This document shows, piece by piece, positions 1-6,763 of a stretch of 27,067 nt of DNA; position 1 is the stretch's first letter; the number at the start of each line of letters is the position of its first letter. Under the pieces are notes generated by a model. The model was not told the origin of the DNA, searched no databases, and saw only the letters and a program-made list of their open reading frames with translations. A program made the position numbers and the translations under genes. The DNA lies in IMG/VR virus record IMGVR_UViG_3300021560_000061, positions 1 to 27,067 of that record; one strand, given 5' to 3'. Origin of the DNA: a virus (Duplodnaviria; Caudoviricetes).

Positions 1-5
1 AGGAA

Positions 6-416
6 GTGGGAGGCCGTGCCGTCTGCTACCGCGCTACGCGGAAGTTTGACGAGATGATCCTGAAAGGCCGGTATACCTATGCGCGGCGTGGGCCTGCTCC
101 GGAGCCGTTCTATCCGGCGATGCCCGGAGCGGAAGACCTCTCGTGGTTCTGCGGTAGCCGCGAGCGATATGACTTCTGGGACGCGAAGCGAGAGCGCGAG
201 CTTGAGAGTAAGTTCGTGCCCGATACGTACGCCTGGGACTCCGCGCGAGTCGTGGTCCATAACCTTCGGGATATGGCGACTCTGATAGTGGCGTACGGAG
301 AGCCTGACCGCGAGTGCCAGCGATGGCTCCGGCGAATCCTGACGGATCTTGACTTCGCGTACGCCGCAGTCTTTGGTCCTGAATGGGGATCTACCATGGG
401 GTTTGTGGCTCCGTGA
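6..416 (+). CDS. hypothetical phage protein
   Basis: 136-aa ORF, co-directional with neighbours; start uncertain at window edge; no recognised motif. Confidence 0.6.
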   Translation: MGGRAVCYRATRKFDEMILKGRYTYARRGPAPEPFYPAMPGAEDLSWFCGSRERYDFWDAKRERELESKFVPDTYAWDSARVVVHNLRDMATLIVAYGEPDRECQRWLRRILTDLDFAYAAVFGPEWGSTMGFVAP

Positions 417-520
417 AAAAAGTCTCACGAATCCGGCCTGCGGGGTAGCCAAAGGCCGGATCGTGGGGTAACGTTGGTCTTGTTGGGCCGGATGGAGGCC
501 CTAGGCGAAAGGCGAAGAAA

Positions 521-1126
521 ATGGCGAAGACCACGGTTCCCGCGACGGACGCGAAGCGTGCGGCTGACGAGAGCGTTCTGGCCGGCGTGACCGTTCCTGA
601 GAGCGAGCGGAAGGGCAACGGAGGCGCGAGCCCGGCTGCGGCCGCGAAGCTGGCGGAGATCGCGAAGAACAAGGCGAACGGCTCGACTCCGGCCGCGAAG
701 CCTCCGGTGCGGCGTACGCGGCGTCAGGCCGCTCCGGTCACCGTTACCCACACGGAGCCCACCGCTCCGGCCACGAAGGCTCCGGCGAAGGCCAAGCCCG
801 CGACTCCGGCGAAGGCCACTCCGGCGACTCCGGCGCGGCGCTCCGCGCGGAAGGCTCCGGCGACTCCGGCTCCTGAGCCCGCTCCGGTTCCTGCGGCTGC
901 GGCCGTTACCGCGCGGCAGGACAACCAGAAGCTCGCCCGCGAGGTCGCTGACCTGCTCGCGGAGCACTTCGGAGACCGCGATGAGGCGACTCAGACCAAG
1001 ATCGCGAACTGGGTGAAGAGCCTTCCGACCGGAGGCGCGGCCTGGAAGCGCTACTGGCCCAAGGGTTTCGCGCGGCCTACCTCCGCTGACTGGGTCGTGC
1101 CGGCAGGCGAGACTCTTCCGGAGTAA
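521..1126 (+). CDS. Ala/Pro/Lys-rich (histone-H1-like repeats) protein with conserved C-terminal domain
   Basis: GCGAAAGGCGAAGAAA before ATG; PATKAPAKAKPATPAK repeats; C-terminus paralogous to 9000..9527. Confidence 0.85.
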   Translation: MAKTTVPATDAKRAADESVLAGVTVPESERKGNGGASPAAAAKLAEIAKNKANGSTPAAKPPVRRTRRQAAPVTVTHTEPTAPATKAPAKAKPATPAKATPATPARRSARKAPATPAPEPAPVPAAAAVTARQDNQKLAREVADLLAEHFGDRDEATQTKIANWVKSLPTGGAAWKRYWPKGFARPTSADWVVPAGETLPE

Positions 1127-1199
1127 GGCGCTTGACGGCCGGTACGGGAAACCGTACCGGCCTTTAGGCGCATAGAGAGACCAAGCGAAAGGCGAGGAA

Positions 1200-1370
1200 A
1201 TGGCAGCAGACAAGAACTTCTCCTGGAAAGGTACGCTTGCGGAGGCTAATGATATCCGCACGGCCCTGGAGGAAAGGCACGCGGCGCTTACGGCGCGAAT
1301 CGTGGAGCTTGATGATGAAGAGCGTGCGGAAGTCGGCCGCATCGAGAAAATGCTGAGGGTGGACTTCTGA
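1200..1370 (+). CDS. small hypothetical protein (56 aa, MAADKNFSWKGTL...MLRVDF), not in ORF track
   Basis: Own translation; GAAAGGCGAGGAA start motif; TGATG overlap with next gene. Confidence 0.8.
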   Translation: MAADKNFSWKGTLAEANDIRTALEERHAALTARIVELDDEERAEVGRIEKMLRVDF

Positions 1371-1726
1371 TGGTTCATCCCGATTACGCCAAGCGATTCA
1401 ACCAGGCGCGCGATATCCGGCGCATTCTCATCCGGACGACTACGCGGCCGGTAACCAGTTCAGACCGCGAGCGGCTAACCGCCATCGCGAAAGACCTCAG
1501 CGAGTCGGCCAAGCTCGTGAAGCATGGCGGATATCTCATCGTCATCCTTCACTGGCCGGAAGATCCGGAGCGCGGGAATGAGGTTTATGGTCCGTTCGCG
1601 GACGAATCGAGCCAGATGGCATGGATCGATGAAGTTCGTGCGGCGAGCGATGGCGGAGACTTCCTGCTTGACGGAGTTCACTTTATCGCTACCCGGATGG
1701 ACCGGCCATTTCCGGTCCAGAGATAG
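1370..1726 (+). CDS. hypothetical protein
   Basis: 118 aa, translationally coupled to upstream ORF; followed by hairpin AGCCGGAGG...CCTCCGGCT. Confidence 0.75.
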   Translation: MVHPDYAKRFNQARDIRRILIRTTTRPVTSSDRERLTAIAKDLSESAKLVKHGGYLIVILHWPEDPERGNEVYGPFADESSQMAWIDEVRAASDGGDFLLDGVHFIATRMDRPFPVQR

Positions 1727-1881
1727 CCGGAAAAATTCAAGCCGGAGGCCGGTAAACCTCCGGCTCGTGATAGGCGTCTAAGTACGGTAGGGTACCTATC
1801 CGGCGCTAGGGCGTGCGGTCCTAGCACCGGGTAGGCGTACCGTCAAAGAGAGTACGCAAGTCAAGAAAGGCGAGAGGCGAA

Positions 1882-2373
1882 ATGTCTGAAATCAACACCA
1901 TCGAGTCGAGCGAGCACGAGGCCCAGGGCCAGCCCAGGAAGCGTTGGCTTCGCGGCCGGAGGCTTATCGCGGTTGCGGCCGTTCCGGTCGTCCTGGGAGG
2001 CGCTGTGGCCGTTGCTGTGGGCCTCACTGCCGGGCTCTCCGGCTCCGGCGCTCCGGCGACTCCGGCCGCTCAGCTGAGCGCGGACGGATTCCCGGTCACG
2101 ATGGACATGAACCACCAGCAGCTTCTGGGGCTCCTGAACGCGAGCGGTAGCACATCAAGCACCGACGCGCAGCTGGCCGGCTCGATGTTCTCTACCGGCG
2201 CGATGGGGATGAAGAACGGCCAGGGCGAGGTTGTCCTGGAGATGACCGACTCCGGGAAGTCCCTACTCACCAACCCGACGATGATGAACGACTTCAAGGC
2301 CGGATTCGGCCAGAGCGGCACGGTCAAGGTCATCGGCAACTTCCTGGTGATCGATGGGAGCATGAACAACTAG
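1882..2373 (+). CDS. membrane-anchored or secreted protein
   Basis: AAAGGCGAGAGGCGAA start motif; basic stretch followed by hydrophobic helix LIAVAAVPVVLGGAVAVAVGL. Confidence 0.8.
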   Translation: MSEINTIESSEHEAQGQPRKRWLRGRRLIAVAAVPVVLGGAVAVAVGLTAGLSGSGAPATPAAQLSADGFPVTMDMNHQQLLGLLNASGSTSSTDAQLAGSMFSTGAMGMKNGQGEVVLEMTDSGKSLLTNPTMMNDFKAGFGQSGTVKVIGNFLVIDGSMNN

Positions 2374-2473
2374 CTATCGACGGCTCATCCGGAGCTGGGT
2401 GGGAGGGAAAGCAAGCCCCAGCTCCGGGTAAGCCTGCCGACCGGCAGGTGGTTCCAAAAGGAAAGGCTCAGAA

Positions 2474-2977
2474 ATGAGTTCACGCAGGACCAAGCTCGTA
2501 GCGCTCGCGTCGGCCGTGGTGGCTGGCGGAGCCCTGACGGCCTCGCTCGCGGCTTCCTCCGCGAACGCCGCACCGATGGGCAACAGCCCCAGTAACATGA
2601 AGGCCGCAGCCTTCAGCCATCACCCGCGTGCGTGCGGATGGGATCTCGGAGCGAACACGCTGGACCTCACGTTCCAGGGCAACACGTTCACGTACCCGGT
2701 GTTCCTGGTCGCGAGTCGAGACGGTGCGGTCACCGGCGTCCTATTCGACAAGTACCTGCCCGGCCTGCTCACCGTCTCCGGCGACTGCTCCGGTGGCAAC
2801 ATCGAGCTGGACGTGAACTACCCGTCAATCGACCCTCAGGGCTCGCGAGCCGAGAACCTCATCGTCACGCCGGTTCCCGGTCACCCGCACCACGGCACCG
2901 TGGCCGGCGTCTGGGATGAGACCGGAAGCGAGGCCGGTTCCGGCGCGGCCTCATTCGAGATCCCGCTCCACCGCTAG
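2474..2977 (+). CDS. secreted protein with signal peptide
   Basis: GGAAAGG SD; MSSRRTK + hydrophobic core + ANA/A cleavage-like site; beta-rich mature part with 2 Cys. Confidence 0.8.
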   Translation: MSSRRTKLVALASAVVAGGALTASLAASSANAAPMGNSPSNMKAAAFSHHPRACGWDLGANTLDLTFQGNTFTYPVFLVASRDGAVTGVLFDKYLPGLLTVSGDCSGGNIELDVNYPSIDPQGSRAENLIVTPVPGHPHHGTVAGVWDETGSEAGSGAASFEIPLHR

Positions 2978-3140
2978 GCCCACTAGGCGCGGCTAGCCGC
3001 GCGCTACGGAGCCCGGAGCCGTCCCGGACGGCTACCGGGCTCCGTCGCTTTCCCGGAAGCCGTAGCGTTCGCCTACGGCTCGTGCATGCGGTAGGATACG
3101 GAATGAGCGAGCGAAAGCCGCTCGCGGAAAGGCGAATGAA

Positions 3141-3305
3141 ATGGCGAACATGGCGGAAGGCTCACGATGGGTCGATGAGGACATCGCGGCTCTCGCGGAG
3201 GTCGCGGAGGTCGCGGAGGTCGCGGAGGTCCCGGCCGATATCATGGCGGAAGGCCATCGATGGGTCGATGAGGACATCCGGGCTCTCGCGGCTCGCAAGA
3301 GCTAA
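3141..3305 (+). CDS. 54-aa peptide with internal duplication, not in ORF track
   Basis: MANMAEGSRWVDEDIAALAEVAEVAEVAEVPADIMAEGHRWVDEDIRALAARKS; GAAAGGCGA upstream; TAGGAT -10-like element near 3092. Confidence 0.7.
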   Translation: MANMAEGSRWVDEDIAALAEVAEVAEVAEVPADIMAEGHRWVDEDIRALAARKS

Positions 3306-3515
3306 CCGGTGAGGCCGGAGGCCGGAGGTTCCCTAGTGGGCCTCCGGCCTCCGACATTTTCGTGCGAAATTGGGATAGACGGCTCCGGTGCTTTGAGGTA
3401 GTCTTGACTTGTTGGGCTCCGGTAGCTCGGAACCGGCCGGTTGCGGCGGACATGCTAGCGGGAAGGGCAGCGAGGCCGGAGCCCGATCTAACTCAAGAGA
3501 GGCGAGAGGCGAACC

Positions 3516-3701
3516 ATGGAATTCAAGGCGATGGTGGAGTTTCTGATCCGGAACGGCTTCCCGGAGGATCACGCAGACCTGGTGGTCCACTGTGCTCAGG
3601 CCGGTACCGAATCCGGCGAGGCCGGTTCGGTCAAGGTACTCCGCGACGGACTGCCCTGGGAGGTTACGTATGACGGACTCTTCCGCGTGACGGTCGGCTG
3701 A
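3516..3701 (+). CDS. small hypothetical protein
   Basis: 61 aa; GAGAGGCGAGAGGCGAACC start motif. Confidence 0.75.
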   Translation: MEFKAMVEFLIRNGFPEDHADLVVHCAQAGTESGEAGSVKVLRDGLPWEVTYDGLFRVTVG

Positions 3702-3706
3702 GAGGA

Positions 3707-3776
3707 TGCGCCCGGAGGCTTTACTTCCAAAGCCTCCGGGCGTAGTCTTGTTCTAGGCGAAGAAAGGCGAGGCGAG
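3707..3776 (+). promoter_or_regulatory. inverted repeat overlapping sigma70-like promoter plus start motif
   Basis: IR arms 3707-3722/3729-3744; TTTACT-17bp-TAGTCT; GAAAGGCGAGGCGAG-ATG. Confidence 0.65.
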
Positions 3777-3911
3777 ATGCTTACTCTGATGTACGTTCTG
3801 GGAATCTTTACCGGCGTCTGGGGTGCGTACTACGCGGCTCGCTTCAAGACCTGGGTCCACCGGGTAACCAAGCCGCGTACGCGGCGCGTAGTCCGGAGGC
3901 GAGCCCGGTGA
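3777..3911 (+). CDS. 44-aa single-TM protein with Arg-rich tail, not in ORF track
   Basis: MLTLMYVLGIFTGVWGAYYAARFKTWVHRVTKPRTRRVVRRRAR; start motif upstream. Confidence 0.7.
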   Translation: MLTLMYVLGIFTGVWGAYYAARFKTWVHRVTKPRTRRVVRRRAR

Positions 3912-4087
3912 CTGATGCGGAGCGGCGCGAGCGCCGCTTGGCGACGTACCAGAAGTACAACTCAAGCAAGAAAGGCAAGATCCGATATGCCCGGTATGAG
4001 GCGGCTCATCCGGAGCGTGCGGAGGTGCGGTGGGAGCCCGCTAGGAACCGGCTCCACCACCAGGCGAAAGGCGAGAGCGATGATTGA
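3908..4087 (+). CDS. 59-aa basic hypothetical protein, not in ORF track
   Basis: GTGA overlap with upstream gene; MTDAERRERRLATYQKYNSSKKGKIRYARYEAAHPER... Confidence 0.6.
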   Translation: MTDAERRERRLATYQKYNSSKKGKIRYARYEAAHPERAEVRWEPARNRLHHQAKGESDD

Positions 4088-4211
4088 CTACGTGTGGGAA
4101 TGGCTGGAGTACGTTATCTGGCTTCTCACCCATAGCGGAGGGAACGTGAATGACGTCATGGCCCACCTCTTTGAGCTATTCCAGGGCATGAAGCGGCTCG
4201 CCCTGATTTAG
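4080..4211 (+). CDS. 43-aa hydrophobic protein
   Basis: MIDYVWEWLEYVIWLL...; GCGAAAGGCGAGAGCG before ATG; 3' part of track ORF 3915..4211. Confidence 0.65.
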   Translation: MIDYVWEWLEYVIWLLTHSGGNVNDVMAHLFELFQGMKRLALI

Positions 4212-4216
4212 CAAAA

Positions 4217-4288
4217 ACTACGCCGCGAGGTCTAGACTCCCTGGACTTTGCGGCGTAGTCTTGTCTTAGGCGAGGAAAGGACAGGGAG
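4217..4288 (+). promoter_or_regulatory. inverted repeat overlapping promoter plus RBS
   Basis: Imperfect IR 4217-4235/4241-4259; TAGACT-17bp-TAGTCT; same CGTAGTCTTGT..TAGGCGA block as at ~3741. Confidence 0.6.
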
Positions 4289-4504
4289 ATGGCGAACCGG
4301 ACTCCTGAGGAACTGGTAGGGATCATCGGCCGTATCGTCCGGATTCAGACGGCTCACCAGAACGAATGGTGTGACTGCGAGCGTTCCGGCTTCCTCGGTA
4401 GCGCCTATCTCTCGATGGAGGCGATTGAGACGCTACTGGCCGGAGCCGAGAGCGGGAATCTGCGGATGTTTTTGGAGGTGAATTGCGATGGTCTGGCTGA
4501 TTAG
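4289..4504 (+). CDS. small hypothetical protein
   Basis: 71 aa; GGAAAGG SD. Confidence 0.7.
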   Translation: MANRTPEELVGIIGRIVRIQTAHQNEWCDCERSGFLGSAYLSMEAIETLLAGAESGNLRMFLEVNCDGLAD

Positions 4505-4571
4505 CACGGCGTGTCTCCGTGGGGATTGCGGGAATTGCCGTGACCCGAAATGTAAGCACTCATGTCACTAA
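4488..4571 (+). CDS. 27-aa Cys/His-rich micro-protein, not in ORF track
   Basis: MVWLISTACLRGDCGNCRDPKCKHSCH; strong GGAGGTG SD upstream. Confidence 0.55.
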   Translation: MVWLISTACLRGDCGNCRDPKCKHSCH

Positions 4572-5104
4572 CCGGACTCGCCCCACTCGAAACGGGCGCA
4601 GCGGGCTCTCTCAAGCCCGTCCTGCGCCCAGTCTGGTATTCCGAATGGGAAGCCGCTCGTGAGGTGGTCTGCGTTAGCCTCCGTCGCGTCTACCGCGACG
4701 TGCGGCCGTTCCATCGGGCAGCCGTGCTCCGGCCGCCAGGCGAGTCCCCAGAGACGGCCGTGGTAATGGAGCTGGACCGGCCAGAGAATTGAGCTGGGCC
4801 TTGGGATATCCGGGAATATGACGATATCGTTTCCGCTCCCACACTGGGCCATTCCGCAGGCGATTGCGTGAAGCCTCCGCATTCCGTCAAGGTCTAGGTA
4901 GCCTTTCACCTCAGCCCACTGGCCGGAGCCGAGCCAGAAATCAGGCAGGTAATTGATCCGGCCTCGCGGAGTTTCTACCCGGAAGCCTTGCGGCTCATAG
5001 TCCCATTCGATCTTGACTTCATTAAAGAACACGGCCCAGCGAGCTTCCAGACGGGAACGGAATTTGTACCCACCGTAGTTGGTCTCTATCGCTTTTATCG
5101 TCAT
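4568..5104 (-). CDS. PD-(D/E)XK endonuclease (T7 endonuclease I-like phage family)
   Basis: YKFRSRLEARWAVFF...WDYEP...YLPDFWL...WAEVKG; the only convincing minus-strand gene. Confidence 0.8.
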   Translation of the reverse strand: MTIKAIETNYGGYKFRSRLEARWAVFFNEVKIEWDYEPQGFRVETPRGRINYLPDFWLGSGQWAEVKGYLDLDGMRRLHAIACGMAQCGSGNDIVIFPDIPRPSSILWPVQLHYHGRLWGLAWRPEHGCPMERPHVAVDATEANADHLTSGFPFGIPDWAQDGLERARCARFEWGESG

Positions 5105-5146
5105 GAGGGTATTCTAGCCGGAAACCCTAAGTTTCCGGAGGTCAAG

Positions 5147-5770
5147 ATGAATGCTGACCGGGTAGCCGAGATCAAGCGCCACCTTGCTGCGGCGGAAGGC
5201 CCAGACCGCGATGCGAGCATTCACATGTGGGAGGCTGCTCGCCTTATCTGGGAAGAGATCGATAGCGGGAAGTCGCGCCGTGCGCTAGGCCAGGAAATCG
5301 GCAAGAGCCATACCCACGTCCGGTATATGTTCAACTGCTGGGACATCGTCGGCCGGAAGATTGGCGGGAAGCCGGAAGACCTTCCGCAATTCAGCGAGGT
5401 CTACCATTCCACCGAGGTGCGAGGCGAGCCATCTGAAGGCTCCGGCGATGGGCAGGGCAATAAGCGTAGGCGTGAGCCTCCGGACCATACTGCTCATGGT
5501 CTCGTTATGTCGGCCTCTGAGTCGATTGACGGCCTAGCCCGGAATCCGCCATACTGGGTGCTCTTGACGGAGGAAGACTGGACGGTGCTCCGCGAGCTTC
5601 CGGCCGTAATTGACGCTCTTATCGCGGATGCCGGTCACTTATGCGCTTATGCCATTAGAGCGGCGCTTAGTCTCGAATCGCTTATCCTGCCTCTTATCGC
5701 GTATCGCTTACCGCGAATCGAGCCCGCTTATTACGGATCTCTTAATGACACTAGCGCTTATGCCGCATAA
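5147..5770 (+). CDS. helix-turn-helix DNA-binding protein
   Basis: GGAGG SD before ATG 5147; SRRALGQEIGKSHTHVRYM HTH-like segment; last ~50 codons run through the CTTA array. Confidence 0.65.
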   Translation: MNADRVAEIKRHLAAAEGPDRDASIHMWEAARLIWEEIDSGKSRRALGQEIGKSHTHVRYMFNCWDIVGRKIGGKPEDLPQFSEVYHSTEVRGEPSEGSGDGQGNKRRREPPDHTAHGLVMSASESIDGLARNPPYWVLLTEEDWTVLRELPAVIDALIADAGHLCAYAIRAALSLESLILPLIAYRLPRIEPAYYGSLNDTSAYAA

Positions 5771-5790
5771 GAGGTATGCTTCATATAAGC
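5615..5790. repeat. array of short (C/G)(G/T)CTTA-like direct repeats ending in two inverted copies
   Basis: CTTA at 5618, 5638, 5646, 5666, 5681, 5693, 5707, 5727, 5741, 5757; TAAG at 5768, 5786. Confidence 0.75.
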
Positions 5791-5848
5791 GGGCCACCTG
5801 GGGCGTGTAGCACCCTAGGTGGCCCTAGAACCTAGCTAGGAGGTTCCT
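5791..5848 (+). promoter_or_regulatory. two hairpins, the second sequestering the AGGAGG RBS
   Basis: GGGCCACCTGGGG...CCCTAGGTGGCCC, then GAACCT-AGCTAGG-AGGTTC before ATG 5849. Confidence 0.5.
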
Positions 5849-6763
5849 ATGCCGGATATTAACGCTCCGGGCTCGCGCGGCGCTACCCTACGCCGCTTTC
5901 TGCGAGTCGCTTATTCGCGCTTTCTCTGGCTCATCGTACTCGTGCCAACGCTAGGCGTCAGCGCGTACTCGTTTTACTGGGTCGGTACTCACTTTGGGGT
6001 GCCGCCGCTTATCGCGATCTTCATCAGTACGTGTTTCGACGGCTCCGCGCTCGTTGCGGCCGACTATTCGCTGAAGTATGCGGAGAAAGGAATGTCACCT
6101 ACAAAGCCACAGGCATTCGTTCGTGTGGTGGCGCTGACGTCTGCTTTCCTCCAGACATTTCACGCGAAGCTGGCCGGCGAGCCGCGCGGCGCATGGGTGA
6201 TGTGGGCAGCCCTGCCGGTAATCGCGGTTGTCCTTTACGACATCCATATTTCATTCGAGCGACGGAAGGCGCTCGCCCGTTCCGGTCAGGTCTATCCGGC
6301 TCCGCTACCGAAATGGGGCCTGGCTTCCTGGAGCCTGTTCTTCCTCTCAACCCTGAACGCGCTCCGCGACGTAACGCTGGCTAGGCGCGAGGCTCTCAAG
6401 ACCGTGGCGCTTCAAGTCGCATCGGACTTCCGGCGCGAGGCCGACAGGACCAGGAACACGCGCGAGCGTATCGAGCCGGTAGCGGACGTCATCGAGCTAG
6501 AGCCGACCGCAGATGGGGCCACAGTCGCGCCAGAGCATGTGATGGCAGAGCACCGCGCGAGGCACGCGGCCGGAACGTCCCGGAGGCCGCACAGCGGCTC
6601 CTGGGCTCAGAGGCACTCGCCGGAGCGTGAGATCAAGGACTGGGCGCGGACGCAGCCCGCATTCCGGGATCAGGTAGGCCAGCGCGGGAAGACTCCGGCG
6701 CGTATCAAGGAAGCGTTCTATCAGGCGCATCCGGACAAGAGGCCGTTATGTTTGATCTCATAA
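5849..6763 (+). CDS. DUF2637/Spd-like multi-TM membrane protein with C-terminal Lsr2-like DNA-binding domain
   Basis: ~4 TM helices; C-terminal EIKDWARTQ...VGQRGKTPARIKEAFYQAH resembles Lsr2 IREWARxxG..VSxRGRIPxxVxxAY. Confidence 0.75.
   Translation: MPDINAPGSRGATLRRFLRVAYSRFLWLIVLVPTLGVSAYSFYWVGTHFGVPPLIAIFISTCFDGSALVAADYSLKYAEKGMSPTKPQAFVRVVALTSAFLQTFHAKLAGEPRGAWVMWAALPVIAVVLYDIHISFERRKALARSGQVYPAPLPKWGLASWSLFFLSTLNALRDVTLARREALKTVALQVASDFRREADRTRNTRERIEPVADVIELEPTADGATVAPEHVMAEHRARHAAGTSRRPHSGSWAQRHSPEREIKDWARTQPAFRDQVGQRGKTPARIKEAFYQAHPDKRPLCLIS

Noticed and set aside
425-1378. 317-aa minus-strand ORF
   Set aside because: Antisense shadow of plus-strand genes that have clear start motifs; Arg/Ser-rich composition typical of GC-rich off-frames
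3082-3312. Arg/Ser-rich 76-aa track ORF
   Set aside because: Alternative frame of the repeat; the 3141..3305 frame has the properly spaced start motif
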